DNA from: Gemmatimonadota bacterium
GTDB lineage: Bacteria; Gemmatimonadota; Gemmatimonadetes; Gemmatimonadales; Gemmatimonadaceae
Direction: 5' to 3'
DNA length: 64,000 bases
Assembly (NCBI GenBank): GCA_040389905.1
Contig: JAZJZK010000006.1
Location: forward strand, 138,100 to 202,099
A program made the position numbers and the translations under genes. Below the pieces are notes generated by a model. That model was given only the letters and a program-made list of their open reading frames with translations, searched no databases and was not told the DNA's origin. The first letter of the stretch is position 1. Each line of letters starts with the position of its first letter. Below, one piece after another: positions 46,967-58,059 of the stretch.

Positions 46967-49900
46967 TCATTGGCGACGAGTGACTTCTCGTACGTTGTCC
47001 GCCCGCTCCACCTCGATACGCCGCTCGAACGGATCGACGCTGACGAACGCCGGTGTGCCACGCACGTCGATCGTGATGCGGTTCTCTCCCGTGCGCAAAC
47101 GATACTTGCCACTCCACAGCGCTGGCGCAGTGCTGCTCAACGGATTCTCCGCGTACACCGCGACGTCGATCAGCTCATCGAGTGCGGCCTCGCTCGGCTT
47201 GATGCCGCCGCCCGGCTCCAGGGACTTCCGCGCGCGAATCGTCAGAGTGACGCGAGATTGATTCTCCGGGCGCGCTTCCATCGAGGCGGATTCGATGCGC
47301 AAGTCGTACAGCGTCACCTTGCCGAACCACTCGTCGATCAGCTGTTGTTGCTCCGGCGTCGATACGGCATGCAACGCCGCCTCGACGTCCAGCGTCGTCG
47401 CCGGGCGCTTTCCCTCGCCACCGTGCTCCTCGAGCAGCGTGCGCAGTGCACGGTTCAACGCCTCTTCGCCGATGAGGTCACGCAGCGCTTCCATGACGAT
47501 GGCGCCTTTTGCGTAATAGACGAAGTCGTAGTCGTATGCGCGGAGTAGGGTTGGCTCGGGGAAGGGCATGTTGGCACGCGACATCACATAGAGCTCCCGT
47601 TCGTACCGAAGCATCGCGGGCAGGGACGCCTTTCCCTGTATCGCCTCCATCACCAGCAGCTCGGAATACTTCGCCATTGTCTCCACGAGCGTGACGCCGC
47701 CCTCGACCTGCGCCGGATACAACGTGTGTCCCCACCACTGATGCGATACCTCGTGCGCGAGTCGCTTCGTGACGAGGTCAACATCTCCCTCGCGATACCT
47801 GGTGACGAAGCCACGATCCTCCGGCCACACGATCACACCGGGCATCGCGTATGCCCCGAATCCCCAGTGCGCCGGCAATTCAACGATGCGCAGGGACGAA
47901 CTCGGGTATGGGCCGAACTTCGAGCCGAGTACGTCGAGCGTTCGTGTTGCCGCGGCGATCATGCGATCCACGTTGTACGCATGTGCCGGGTCGTAGTGCA
48001 CCTCGACATTCACGCCAGCGTGAGTGACGCGGCGCACCGCGTACCTCGCCGACACGAAGCCAAACACCGGAGTCGTCGGCTTGGGTGTGACGAAGTGAAA
48101 GTAGTGGCGCCCATTGTCCTTCCACTCGCGAACGAGGTCACCCGGGGCGAGCGCGGTCTGATCCTCGTCGGTCACGATCGTCGCGTCCAGCGTCATCCAA
48201 CTCTCGTGCCGATCGCGTCCAGCAAGCGCGTCTTCGATGGGACCGGGACCAACGCGCGGTGGTGCGAGTCCGCGTGCCCGCCGCTCGGAGGCGTCGTCCA
48301 CCTCGTAGCCACGCACATACCCGAGTCGCGGGAACGCTGCCGCGCGAGTGACGTAACTCCCATTTGCCACGACGTCGTAGTCGAATCCGTCAGCGACCAC
48401 GTGACGCTGCGGCGATCGCACGCTGAAACGAAGTTCACTGCGCGCTCCTGGTGCCATCGGTTGCTCGAGCGCGAAGATGTAGGTGTCTGATACGTCGTCG
48501 TGCCGCACCACACGAGCACCGGTCAACTCCAGCAGTGACGCCGGGACGTCGCGCGGCTGCGACACGATCACGGTATCGATCGCCTTCGTGGTGCGATTCT
48601 CGAGCGAATAGCTGCCAGTGATGGCATAGCGCCGCTCGGAGGGATACAGGTTCACCGTCGCCTTCGCCGCAACGATCGCCGGCAACGGCATGCTGTCGAA
48701 CCGCCTGTAACTGCGCTCATACGACGCACGCCACGCGAGACTCTGGCTCTCAGTCTCGAAGCGGTGCGCGATGTTCGTGTCGTGGAAGATGATTCCGCCG
48801 GTGGCCGCGAAGAGTGCAAGAGAGCCCGCCGCCCCGATGAGCCCCGCTTTCCCCAGGCGATGTGGCAGCGCGCGGATTCTCGTCAGAAGGCTCTGCGCGC
48901 GGCCGCGCCGCCAGATCCCGAGCGTGACCGCAGCCAGCAGCCCGGCAAGGCTGAACCAAAACACCATATACCACGCGAACGATCCCGCACCGACGAAGCC
49001 ATTCATCTCGGTGTATGGAGCGACCGGTGGCTTTGCGAAACGGAGCATGCCGTGGCGCAATCCGAGCTCGTCGGGGCTCAGGATGGCCAACGCGAGGATC
49101 ATCGCAAGCAGGACGCCTAGCCATCGGTTGGGCGTCAGCGTCTGCACGAGCACAATCACAACCGTGAGCAGCACCAACGGCAGCCCCACGAAGTAGAACA
49201 GCGACAGGTACGCCAGCGGATGCACGTTGGTGTATCCTGTCGCAAGCTGATATCCAATGGCGAGCACGATCGGCAGAATCGTCATCAGCCACGTGAGCAA
49301 CACGAGTGCGGAGCCCTTCGCGAGATAGAACACACCACTCGGCGTTGGAGTCGCATCGATGATCTCATCCGCCCTCACGATGCGCTCGCGCCATACCACT
49401 TCGGCGGCGAAGTACACGAGCATCAACGCACCGAGCACGGGAAGTGTGGTCTGGATATCCGCGAGCATCATGCGCGTGGTGGGATAGGCGAGCGTGTGAT
49501 ACTCCCACACCGTGTTGTCCGTGATGTCGATCAGTGCGACGCAGACCCACAGCGCCATCAGCGCGAGAAATGGCTTGCTGGTAGCTGTCGCGCGGAATTC
49601 ACGCTCGGTGGCAACGCGCAGCGCTGTCCAATGTGAACGCCAACTCGGTGCCGCGACGACGACACGTTGATATGCGGTGGTGTGCGATGGTGCGGCGTCT
49701 GTAAGGTCAAGCATCCGCTTCACGCTGTGCGCAGCGACGCGAAATGAGAAGCGCTGATAGGTGACCGTAAGAATACCGAGTGCGACCACGAGCACCACCA
49801 CGCGATTCAGCAGGAAGTATCCGCTGAGCGCCAGCAACTCAGAGTTCCGTTGAGCAGGCGTCCAATACCAGGTTTGCTGAAAGAATGCGGAGATGCCGAA

Positions 49901-50545
49901 CGGATCGAGAATGGCGGCGCGAACCAGAGCGGCTTGCCCGAGGGGCTTGGCGCCAGCGAAAAGCGGTGAGCCGATCATCATGCCGACGACCATGTACAGC
50001 ATGTAGAGGAAGACGCTGCCTACATAGCTGGCCAGGACACTGCGGCTCAGGATCGCGACGGCGAAGATCACCGCCGCGGCAACGAGGATGTTCGGCACCG
50101 CCATGACCAGGAGCGCCCACAGGTATGCAACTGGGATCGTTGCGCCCACTCGCGCCGGATCCATTCTCGCGACCATTGGACTCACGAACAATCCAACGAT
50201 GCAGGCGCTGAATGTCGCCAGTGATGCCAGCAGGGCGCCGGCAAATCGCGCGGTGAGATAGCGCAGCTTACCCACTGGCGTTGCGAACACGATTTCCTGC
50301 ATGCCGCTCTCGGCGTCACGGCTCACCGCGTTCGTGCAGAACACCGTGAGCACAAAGATCATGAGCAGAGACAGCAGCCCGACCGACTGCATCACGACGA
50401 AGGGCGAGTTCAAGTTGGCGCCGGTCGGGCCGTATCCGATCGCCGGCAGCAAGTACCCCATGCCGAGGAAGAAGAGTACCGCGACTGGAAATGCGATCTG
50501 CCGCGTGTGGTATCGCCACTCGAACCGGATCACATCACGCAGCAT
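46967..50545 (-). CDS. ABC-2 type permease fused to M1 family aminopeptidase domain (copy 2)
   Basis: FEWRY start, [24 protein letters not shown] and YY.KG motifs. Confidence 0.92.
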   Translation of the reverse strand: MLRDVIRFEWRYHTRQIAFPVAVLFFLGMGYLLPAIGYGPTGANLNSPFVVMQSVGLLSLLMIFVLTVFCTNAVSRDAESGMQEIVFATPVGKLRYLTARFAGALLASLATFSACIVGLFVSPMVARMDPARVGATIPVAYLWALLVMAVPNILVAAAVIFAVAILSRSVLASYVGSVFLYMLYMVVGMMIGSPLFAGAKPLGQAALVRAAILDPFGISAFFQQTWYWTPAQRNSELLALSGYFLLNRVVVLVVALGILTVTYQRFSFRVAAHSVKRMLDLTDAAPSHTTAYQRVVVAAPSWRSHWTALRVATEREFRATATSKPFLALMALWVCVALIDITDNTVWEYHTLAYPTTRMMLADIQTTLPVLGALMLVYFAAEVVWRERIVRADEIIDATPTPSGVFYLAKGSALVLLTWLMTILPIVLAIGYQLATGYTNVHPLAYLSLFYFVGLPLVLLTVVIVLVQTLTPNRWLGVLLAMILALAILSPDELGLRHGMLRFAKPPVAPYTEMNGFVGAGSFAWYMVFWFSLAGLLAAVTLGIWRRGRAQSLLTRIRALPHRLGKAGLIGAAGSLALFAATGGIIFHDTNIAHRFETESQSLAWRASYERSYRRFDSMPLPAIVAAKATVNLYPSERRYAITGSYSLENRTTKAIDTVIVSQPRDVPASLLELTGARVVRHDDVSDTYIFALEQPMAPGARSELRFSVRSPQRHVVADGFDYDVVANGSYVTRAAAFPRLGYVRGYEVDDASERRARGLAPPRVGPGPIEDALAGRDRHESWMTLDATIVTDEDQTALAPGDLVREWKDNGRHYFHFVTPKPTTPVFGFVSARYAVRRVTHAGVNVEVHYDPAHAYNVDRMIAAATRTLDVLGSKFGPYPSSSLRIVELPAHWGFGAYAMPGVIVWPEDRGFVTRYREGDVDLVTKRLAHEVSHQWWGHTLYPAQVEGGVTLVETMAKYSELLVMEAIQGKASLPAMLRYERELYVMSRANMPFPEPTLLRAYDYDFVYYAKGAIVMEALRDLIGEEALNRALRTLLEEHGGEGKRPATTLDVEAALHAVSTPEQQQLIDEWFGKVTLYDLRIESASMEARPENQSRVTLTIRARKSLEPGGGIKPSEAALDELIDVAVYAENPLSSTAPALWSGKYRLRTGENRITIDVRGTPAFVSVDPFERRIEVERADNVREVTRRQ

Positions 50546-51431
50546 GCAGAGACTCCGTGGCGCTGGAGTGAGCGCGCAGGATGGAGAAGTACACATCCTC
50601 GAGATTTGGCTCCACGACCTCGAAGCCCTGTTCCGGCTGCCCGTCGTTCAGGACGTGGACAAGGGTCCGCCCTTCATATAATTGGGTCGAGATCACGTTG
50701 AACGATCGACGGTATTGCTCCACGGTTGACCTGTCAGCGGTCTTTCTCCAGACGCGTCCCTCGAGCTCCGCGACCAGCGTGCGCGGTGCATCTGTTCGCA
50801 ACACGCGCCCGTCGGCGAGAATCGCCATGCGCGGACACAGCTGGCGGACGTCCTCCACGATATGCGTGGAGAGGATGACCACGATGTTCTCGCTGACTTC
50901 GCTGAGCAGATTGTGGAAGCGGTTGCGTTCCTCGGGATCGAGACCCGCTGTGGGTTCATCCACGATGATCAGTTTCGGATCGCCGAGGAGCGCTTGCGCG
51001 ATGCCGAAGCGCTGTCGCATTCCCCCGGAGAAACTGCTCACGGCCTTCTTGCGGTGACTCGTCAGGTTGGTTTGCGCGAGGAGTGCCTCCACCTGTTCGC
51101 GGCGGGCCTTCTTCTCGGACATTCCTTTGAGTACGGCGATATGATCGAGCAGATCGTACGCGGATACGCCGGGGTAGACGCCGAAGTCCTGCGGCAGGTA
51201 GCCCAGCTGCCGGCGATGGATCTCCGGTTGCGCGACGACGTCGAGGCCATCGAAAACAATCGCGCCCGCATCGGGCTCCTGGAGTGTTGCGAGCGTCCTC
51301 ATGAGCGTGGACTTGCCGGCGCCGTTTGGACCGAGGAGGCCGAAGAGCCCGGTATCGATCGTGAGGGTCACGCCCTTGAGCGCGTGTACGCCGTTGGGGT
51401 AGGTCTTCGTGAGGTTGGTGATGCTGAGCAT
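50535..51431 (-). CDS. ABC transporter ATP-binding protein (copy 2)
   Basis: [26 protein letters not shown] and LSTH motifs. Confidence 0.95.
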   Translation of the reverse strand: MLSITNLTKTYPNGVHALKGVTLTIDTGLFGLLGPNGAGKSTLMRTLATLQEPDAGAIVFDGLDVVAQPEIHRRQLGYLPQDFGVYPGVSAYDLLDHIAVLKGMSEKKARREQVEALLAQTNLTSHRKKAVSSFSGGMRQRFGIAQALLGDPKLIIVDEPTAGLDPEERNRFHNLLSEVSENIVVILSTHIVEDVRQLCPRMAILADGRVLRTDAPRTLVAELEGRVWRKTADRSTVEQYRRSFNVISTQLYEGRTLVHVLNDGQPEQGFEVVEPNLEDVYFSILRAHSSATESLHAA

Positions 51432-51539
51432 GCTTGCGTCCGCTTCGTCTGTGTCTGGTTGGCTTGAGCGCTGACACTCCCTACGACTGGAATGCGTAGT
51501 TTCTTCACAATCAGACTTAGTCAATGATTTAGGTGAATC

Positions 51540-52448
51540 TTGAGCATCACGAGCCAGGATCTTCAATTTTTCGCGGAGGTTGCGCGGGCAGGCTCACTCG
51601 CGGCGGCGGCGCGTGCTCTCGACGTCACGCTGTCCGCGGTGAGTCAGCGACTGCAGCATCTCGAGCGCCGGCTGGGAGTTCGGCTCGTCGTGCGCAGTGC
51701 TCGGCGATTGACGCTCACTGATGAAGGCCAGCTGCTCTCCCTTCGCGGACAGGCGATTATCGATGACCTTGGCGAACTCGCCGAGACCGTCACGCACCGG
51801 CAGGGTGCAGTGTCGGGTCATTTACGGGTGCTCGCACCATTTGGTTTTGGACGCGCCTATGTGGCGCGTGCGGTCGCGGAATTCGACGCCCGCTACCCCG
51901 ATGTCACGATCGAACTGCACGTCTCCGACCGGCTGGGGCGAGTGCCGGACTACTCATGGGACGTCGCGGTGCACATCGGCGTCCTGCACGACTCGGCACT
52001 CGTTGCCCAGCCACTCGCGCCAAACGCGCGCATTGCTTGCGCCGCGCCGCAATTCCTCGAGCGCTACGGATTTCCGGAGACTCCGGCTGATCTCCGGCGG
52101 CTGGCGTGCATTGCCATCCGCGAAAACGATGAGGATGTCACCCTGTGGCGCTTCATCGCCCCCGATGGTGAGAACCTGTCGGTGCGCGTCGAGCCGCGCA
52201 TGTCGAGCAATGATGGTGAGATCGTGCGCGAATGGGCACTCGACGGCCACGGGATCATGGTGCGGTCGGAGTGGTCAGTGGCGCGCGACCTTCGGGAAGG
52301 GCGATTGATACGGGTGCTCGATGCGTACACACAACCACGAGCCGACATCGTGGCGCTCGTGGCGCCGCGCTTTGGGCGAGCGGCGCGTACGCAGGCATTT
52401 GTGCAGCATCTGCGGGAAGCGCTGACACCGGCTCCCTGGCTCAGGTAA
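51540..52448 (+). CDS. LysR family transcriptional regulator
   Basis: F.EVAR.GSL.AAAR.L.VT.SAVSQRL..LE.RLG..L..R HTH, followed by a substrate-binding domain. Confidence 0.95.
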   Translation: MSITSQDLQFFAEVARAGSLAAAARALDVTLSAVSQRLQHLERRLGVRLVVRSARRLTLTDEGQLLSLRGQAIIDDLGELAETVTHRQGAVSGHLRVLAPFGFGRAYVARAVAEFDARYPDVTIELHVSDRLGRVPDYSWDVAVHIGVLHDSALVAQPLAPNARIACAAPQFLERYGFPETPADLRRLACIAIRENDEDVTLWRFIAPDGENLSVRVEPRMSSNDGEIVREWALDGHGIMVRSEWSVARDLREGRLIRVLDAYTQPRADIVALVAPRFGRAARTQAFVQHLREALTPAPWLR

Positions 52449-53859
52449 TCGGCTTGCCCGTCGCCAACAGGTTGGTGAGCCGCAAGAGGAACTCCTGGCC
52501 GTCGAAGAAACTCTTGACGCGCATGCGCTCGTCACGACCATGCGATCGAATGTCTTCCGGATCACCCATCAATCCCGATACGCCATACGAGGGAATACCG
52601 ATCTGTCGGAACGGCTGTGAATCTGTCGCGCCAGTGGACATCGTCGGAATCACCGGAATGTTACCGAACAACTCCTTGGTCACGCGCTCCACCGGCCCCA
52701 CCATCTCTGCCATCAGCGGCGAGGGCGCGACGAAGTTTGCTTGCCCCGCCCTCGAGACCTCGATTGCCGTGTCGCCGAGCGCAGCGATGATTCCGTCGCG
52801 GATCTGGCTTGGCACTGCGTCAGGCAGGATGCGGCAATTGATGCGAACCTCGGCCGTCTGCGGAAGGGCGTTCGCCGCATGGCCTCCGGTCAGTCCCGTG
52901 GCCACGCACGTCGAACGCAGCATCGAGTTGTATCGTGGGTCCGCTGACACCACCGCCGCTGCCGCCGCATCGTTCTCATTCTTGACGAGCGCCTTCATCG
53001 CTCGGCCCATCTCCGGTGTCTCGATGTCCGCCGTCTTCTCGAAGAACGCGCGAGTCACCGTGTTGAAGTGCACCGGAAAGCTGTGCTTCGAGAAACGCGC
53101 GACTGCTTCCGCCAGCTGATAGATCGCGTTGTCCGGGCGCGGTACCGATGAATGTCCACCGCGGTTCTTCGCCGTCGCCGTAAAGTTGACGGAGTTCTTC
53201 TGCGTCGCCTGCAATGAATTGAGGAACGGCTTGTCACCGCGGAGCGACCCGCCGCCGCCTTCATTGATCACGTAGGCGGCATCCACGAGCTCGCGATGAT
53301 TCTGGATGAGCCACCGCACGCCGTTACAGCCGCATGGGCTACCCTCTTCATCGGCGGTCAATGCGACGATGATGTCGCGATCGGGGACGTACCCTTCGCG
53401 CTTGAACTTGATGAGGTTGGCGACGAAGATCGCAGCCATCGACTTGTCGTCGGCTGTGCCGCGGCCGTAGAAGTAGCCGTCGCGCTCGAGAAACCTGAAC
53501 GGATCGAGGTCTGGCGACCAGTCGGTCTTCAGTGCCTCGACGACGTCGAGATGTGCGAGGAGGAGCAATGGCTTGGCACCGCCAGCGCCGCCCTTCCCGT
53601 GGTACCGCACCACGAGGTTGAATTTGTCAGGACGGGCGCCGCCGAGGAAAATGTCCGGGTCTGGGAATCCTGCTTCGCGAAAGCGTTTGGCCATCGCTTC
53701 CGCGGCCACCGTGGTTCCTGACGTCATGTTCGACGAATTGATCTCGATTAGCTCCTTGTAGACGTCCTTCGCGAACTGTTGGTCGGCCGTGAGCTGTTGG
53801 GCGCCTGCGAACGGAGCCGCGAGCGTCAGTGCAGAGATTGCGGCTATGGCGAAGCGCAT
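52441..53859 (-). CDS. Secreted M20/M25/M40 family metallo-hydrolase (paralog 2)
   Basis: AHLDVV, YGRGTADDK, ADEE, NEGG, GGHSS, GATD and HGRDER motifs. Confidence 0.93.
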   Translation of the reverse strand: MRFAIAAISALTLAAPFAGAQQLTADQQFAKDVYKELIEINSSNMTSGTTVAAEAMAKRFREAGFPDPDIFLGGARPDKFNLVVRYHGKGGAGGAKPLLLLAHLDVVEALKTDWSPDLDPFRFLERDGYFYGRGTADDKSMAAIFVANLIKFKREGYVPDRDIIVALTADEEGSPCGCNGVRWLIQNHRELVDAAYVINEGGGGSLRGDKPFLNSLQATQKNSVNFTATAKNRGGHSSVPRPDNAIYQLAEAVARFSKHSFPVHFNTVTRAFFEKTADIETPEMGRAMKALVKNENDAAAAAVVSADPRYNSMLRSTCVATGLTGGHAANALPQTAEVRINCRILPDAVPSQIRDGIIAALGDTAIEVSRAGQANFVAPSPLMAEMVGPVERVTKELFGNIPVIPTMSTGATDSQPFRQIGIPSYGVSGLMGDPEDIRSHGRDERMRVKSFFDGQEFLLRLTNLLATGKPIT

Positions 53860-54197
53860 TGGATGGCTCGGTGGCTGGTGAGATCAAGCATGATACCGAC
53901 TGTCGCCGCCATCTTCACCCGCCTCGGCGCTTCGAACCGTAACGCGATTCGCTCAACACGTGTGGCGCCGCAGCAACACTTGGCGTCCGGCCGGGTTCGC
54001 TTGCGTCGTCGAGCGGGCGGCGCGTAGTGGCCCGCCGTCAGCGGCTAAGCTCTTTGTCCATAACTGTTTATGCGGCCATCAAGAAGATCGTAAATCTCGC
54101 ACGCAGTTGACGCAAAAGGGACTCCTTCTTGCCTCATTTGTTTCCGCCCAGTGCGTTTCCCACCGGCGTCCGTGCCCCCTCCAATCCGTCATCCGAA

Positions 54198-54857
54198 ATG
54201 CGAACACGTTTGCTTTCTCTCGTGCTCTCCCTTGCGGTTGTGACGCAGGCCGGCGCGCAGACCTTCAGCAACACGACGCCCATTGGTATTTCAGATATCG
54301 GGAATGCGGGGCTGTACCCCTCCTCCATCGCGGTAACCGGATTGTCCGGCGCCGCCACGCTCGCTGGGGTCAAGCTGTATGGGGCGTACCACACGTTTCC
54401 TGCCGATCTCGATATTGCGTTGCTTGACATCACGCATAACCGCGGGATCATCCTGACCACGGATCGTGGCGGCGGTAACGACCTTAGCAACACCAATGTC
54501 TTTTTTGCGGACGCGAACACGCCCTTCTTCGGGGGCATCTTCGGCAGCCTTGCCGGTATTACCGGTGACTACAAACCGCAGGGTTTCACGACGCCGGCTG
54601 GGGGCGCCTTCAGCGGATCGCTCGGTTCGCCCACCTTCTTCGACACGTTCGCGTCTTTCCTCGACGCGAGTCCGAACGCCACGTACGGCCTCTACATCTT
54701 TGATGATACGAGTGAGGATGAGGGCCAGCTGTCGGGAGGATGGTCGATTGAGTTCGCTGACGAGCCGGTGGGGACGCCGGAGCCGGCCAGCATTTTCCTT
54801 CTCGGAACTGGACTCGCCGGCGTTGCCATGTGGAGCCGCCGTCGTCGCGCCAGCTGA
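54198..54857 (+). CDS. PEP-CTERM sorting domain protein
   Basis: Signal peptide and C-terminal TPEPAS + TM + RRRR. H.FP.DLD..L and G...GWS motifs resemble a proprotein convertase P domain. Confidence 0.9.
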   Translation: MRTRLLSLVLSLAVVTQAGAQTFSNTTPIGISDIGNAGLYPSSIAVTGLSGAATLAGVKLYGAYHTFPADLDIALLDITHNRGIILTTDRGGGNDLSNTNVFFADANTPFFGGIFGSLAGITGDYKPQGFTTPAGGAFSGSLGSPTFFDTFASFLDASPNATYGLYIFDDTSEDEGQLSGGWSIEFADEPVGTPEPASIFLLGTGLAGVAMWSRRRRAS

Positions 54858-54878
54858 TCTCGAGCTTCACGCGGTTTG

Positions 54879-54911
54879 AAGCGGGGCCCTCCTTCGGGAG
54901 TGCCCCGTTTT
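54879..54911 (+). terminator. Rho-independent terminator
   Basis: CGGGGCCCTCC-TTCG-GGAGTGCCCCG stem-loop followed by TTTT, just downstream of the PEP-CTERM gene. Confidence 0.8.
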
Positions 54912-54926
54912 CATATTCAGCCAACC

Positions 54927-54962
54927 TGTCATTCCGAGCGAGCGGAGCGAGTCTAAGGGATC
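54927..54962. repeat. Half copy of the REP-like TGTCATYCCGAGCG element
   Basis: TGTCATTCCGAGCGAGCGGAGCGAGTC closely matches the reverse complement of the right arm at 15776-15802. Confidence 0.75.
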
Positions 54963-55513
54963 GAGCGGAGCGTTTCGCAAGTATCGATAGCACGGTTGCA
55001 CCGGCACATTGAACGCGGATTGAGCGGATTGACCAGCGAAACAGTGATGGGTTCGGCGAGGCGCGACAGAAGCCGTGGACCGCTCAATCCGCGTTCAATG
55101 TGCCGGGGATCGATCATCCAGTATTCGCCAACGCCCGCGTCCATATAGATATCACGCTTCTCGTTTTCGTCGCGGCGTTTTGTGGGCGTCGAGAGGACTT
55201 CCACCACCAGCGAGGGAGTTGGTGCGGACGCCCACTGGAGATCATCGCTCGGATTCTGCTGTACCGTCAGATCGGGCTCGACCTCAGAGTCCCCGATCTG
55301 AATCACGGCGCGATGGAAAACGAAGCCAAGGTGCTCGTGCTCGACGTATGGATCGAGTATGCGAGCCAACCGTGCGAGAATGACTTCGTGCTTCCATGCG
55401 GGCGCGGGCGTCACGAACAACTCTCCACGAACGAGCTCGCACTTCCTGCCGTCGTCCGGGAGTGCATGGAACTCGTCGAGCGTCCACCGCTTTGTCGCTG
55501 CGGCCATCGGCAT
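54953..55513 (-). pseudogene. Uma2 family endonuclease, C-terminus replaced by repeat sequence
   Basis: ELVRGEL.V.PAP...H, EPDL, LVVEVLS, D...KR..Y and GV.EYW.IDP motifs. Homology stops where the 55001-55106 element begins. Confidence 0.8.
55001..55106. mobile_element. 106-bp element with perfect 27-bp terminal inverted repeats
   Basis: CCGGCACATTGAACGCGGATTGAGCGG (55001-55027) and its exact reverse complement (55080-55106). 9-bp tandem GCGGATTGA x2 at 55015-55032. Confidence 0.75.
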
Positions 55514-55746
55514 CGCGCACCTTTCCCTGGTTGCTGTGTGGCGGCATCCATGAACCAAGGATCACATGGAGGCCGGTCGCGAGCGTCATCATGCGAACGC
55601 AGCGCGTATCAATTCCACACGGAGGGTACGCTCGGCGCGACCGCCGAGTCAAGAATTCACGTCCAGCGAGGCTCCAGAGCCGCGTTTCAGACTGGCGCGT
55701 TGCTGGCGGATCCTTCGCTGTGAACTGTAGAACAACCCATCTTCGG

Positions 55747-57171
55747 TCACATCTTCGTCTTCACCGCGAGCGTTCTCACCAACTGATCGAGAAAAGAGAG
55801 ACCGTCGTAGAACGATTTCACCCGCAGCTTCTCATTGCGCCCGTGCATGTTGTTCTCCGCACCCTCGACGAAGATGCCGCTCACGCCGAACGTCGGAATG
55901 CCGACGGCGCGCAGGAACCTCCCGTCTGTCGCGCCCGTGGTCATCTCCGGCACGACGGGGATGTCGCCGAACATCTTCTTCGTGATGGACGCGACGGCAG
56001 CGGCCAGGTCGCTCGGCATGACGCTGGGCGGCGCACCGACGAGGCCAGAACGTGTTGCCCCTCCAAGGAAGGTCACCTTTACCTCGGCGTCGTCGATGAC
56101 GCGTTCGAGCGTCGACTTCACGTACTCGTACGTGGTTGTCGGCTCCATGCGACAGTTCAGGTTCGCCGTCGCGAGCTGTGGGAGCGCATTGTAGGCGTGG
56201 CCAGCGAAAAGCCGAGTCGCCACGCATGACGTGTGCAGCATGGAAGCGAGGAAGGGATCCTTCGACACCACCGCCACGGCCTTGGTGTCGTTCGGGTTAG
56301 CGACAATCGCCGCCATCGCGGCCGCTCGGTCCGCTCGCGGCTCCGCCTTGGCGGACGCAGCGAAGAACGCCCTCGTGACGTCATTCAGGACCACCGGGAA
56401 CTGGAAGTTCGCCAACTTCGTCAGCGCCACCGCCAACTGGTTGATGGCGTTATCCGGGCGCGGCACGCTGGAATGTCCGCCCACGTTTGTAACGGTGAGC
56501 GTGAAGTTGACCACCACCTTCTCGGCGGCCTGGACCGCGTTCGCCACGGGCTTGCCGTTCACCAGCGCGCCCTGGCCACCTTCATTGATCGCGTACTCCG
56601 CGTCGATGAGATCCCTGTGCTGCGTGGCGATCCAGTAGGCACCGTTTGCGTCGCCGCCTTCTTCATCGGCGTTGAGCATCAGGATGACGTCGCGGTCCGA
56701 TACAAAACGCTCCGCTTTCATCCGGAGCAGGTTCGCGACGAATATCGACGCCATCGCCTTGTCGTCGGCCGTGCCGCGGCCAATGAAGAATCCATTTTCC
56801 TCGAACAGCGTGAAGGGATCGCGCGGCCAGTCGGAACGCAACGCCGCCACGACGTCGAGATGCGCCATGAGCAAGATCGGTTTTGGCGCGTTGGCACCGC
56901 CGCGACCGTGATAGCGCACGATGAGGTTTCCCTTGTTCGGCTTGCCAGGTGGGATCAGCAGCTGCACATCATTGTCGGGAAAGCCTGCGGCCTTGAATCG
57001 CGCCGCCATCGCTTGGGCCGCCTTGGTGACCGAGCCCACGGAGTCAACCGTGTTGATCTCGATGAGCTCCTTGTAGATGGAGCATGCGAGCTGTTCGTGC
57101 GCGGAGGACTGCGCGGCGGACGGCAGCGACACCACGAGGGCAAGCAACGAGACGGCGGACAGGCGGCGCAT
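55747..57171 (-). CDS. Secreted M20/M25/M40 family metallo-hydrolase (paralog 3)
   Basis: AHLDVV, GRGTADDK, ADEE, NEGG, GGHSS, GATD and HGRNEK motifs. Confidence 0.93.
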   Translation of the reverse strand: MRRLSAVSLLALVVSLPSAAQSSAHEQLACSIYKELIEINTVDSVGSVTKAAQAMAARFKAAGFPDNDVQLLIPPGKPNKGNLIVRYHGRGGANAPKPILLMAHLDVVAALRSDWPRDPFTLFEENGFFIGRGTADDKAMASIFVANLLRMKAERFVSDRDVILMLNADEEGGDANGAYWIATQHRDLIDAEYAINEGGQGALVNGKPVANAVQAAEKVVVNFTLTVTNVGGHSSVPRPDNAINQLAVALTKLANFQFPVVLNDVTRAFFAASAKAEPRADRAAAMAAIVANPNDTKAVAVVSKDPFLASMLHTSCVATRLFAGHAYNALPQLATANLNCRMEPTTTYEYVKSTLERVIDDAEVKVTFLGGATRSGLVGAPPSVMPSDLAAAVASITKKMFGDIPVVPEMTTGATDGRFLRAVGIPTFGVSGIFVEGAENNMHGRNEKLRVKSFYDGLSFLDQLVRTLAVKTKM

Positions 57172-57370
57172 TGGATGTCCTGGGTCTGCGAGTGGAGTGG
57201 GCGTGGCCCAGGGTTCGATGCTTCACTGACCGCAACATAATGATCCAACGGGCAGTCGATTGGTAACGCTGCCCGCCGTCTGCTGGAATAGTGTTCGGCT
57301 ATGCCATCTTGCTTCCCCGCGTGCGCCGAGCGTACGCTTCACACACAATGGTCGATATCAGGAGTCCCCA

Positions 57371-57949
57371 ATGGCACACGCCACGCGGGAGGACGTCGTG
57401 TTGATGACGCCCGAGGAATTCCTCGTGCAGTCGCTTCCGGACGGGAAGGCGGAGCTTGTTCGCGGTGAGGTGCGCGTGACGCCCCCGGCCGGTGGTCCGC
57501 ATTTGTGTGTATCGAGCAACATTCACGCGCTCCTTTCCGTGTACCTCAAAGGGCGCGGACTCGGTCGTGCGTTCGGGGATGGTGGCTACGAGTTGGTGCA
57601 ACTCCCGCGAACAGTCCGCGCGCCCGACGCGTCCTTCGTGCGCGCCGACCGACTGCCGGCCGAGGGTATCGGCCCAGGGCTGCTGAAGCTCGCGCCGGAT
57701 CTCGCGGTGGAAGTGTTGTCACCGAGCGAGTCCGCCTCTGAGTTGGAGGAAAAACTCGACGACTATCGCGCGTGTGGCACGCCACTGATCTGGGTTGTGG
57801 ATCCGGCGCGTCGCACAGTGATGATCGTTGCGAGCGATGCACCCGTCCGCTGGCTCCGGGAGGGAGACGTGCTCGATGCAGGAGACATCATCCCCGGATT
57901 CTCGTGCGCGGTGGAAGAGCTGTTCGAGGGTCTTGCCCGGCAGGTGTAG
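57371..57949 (+). CDS. Uma2 family endonuclease
   Basis: ELVRGE, R.PD.SF, APDLAVEVLSPS, K...Y, WVVDP and PGF motifs. AGGAG RBS before ATG 57371. Confidence 0.93.
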   Translation: MAHATREDVVLMTPEEFLVQSLPDGKAELVRGEVRVTPPAGGPHLCVSSNIHALLSVYLKGRGLGRAFGDGGYELVQLPRTVRAPDASFVRADRLPAEGIGPGLLKLAPDLAVEVLSPSESASELEEKLDDYRACGTPLIWVVDPARRTVMIVASDAPVRWLREGDVLDAGDIIPGFSCAVEELFEGLARQV

Positions 57950-58059
57950 GCTGCCGGCAGCATCAACGGTTGCCACCGCCCCGGCGGCTGAGCAGCACAA
58001 AGGACACGCGCCAAAGAACCTCACGGATGCTCTCCCGCCCCCCATCCATCGACAGGCAC

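Noticed and set aside
51500..51540. Second copy of the MarR-GNAT operator upstream of ABC module 2 (GACTTAGTC)
   Set aside because: Only a short partial match with different spacing. It is better explained as the LysR divergent promoter region.
54953..57949. Composite transposon or defence island formed by two Uma2 genes flanking an M20 gene
   Set aside because: The two Uma2 genes are highly diverged, there are no shared terminal repeats around the block, and Uma2 genes are commonly scattered.
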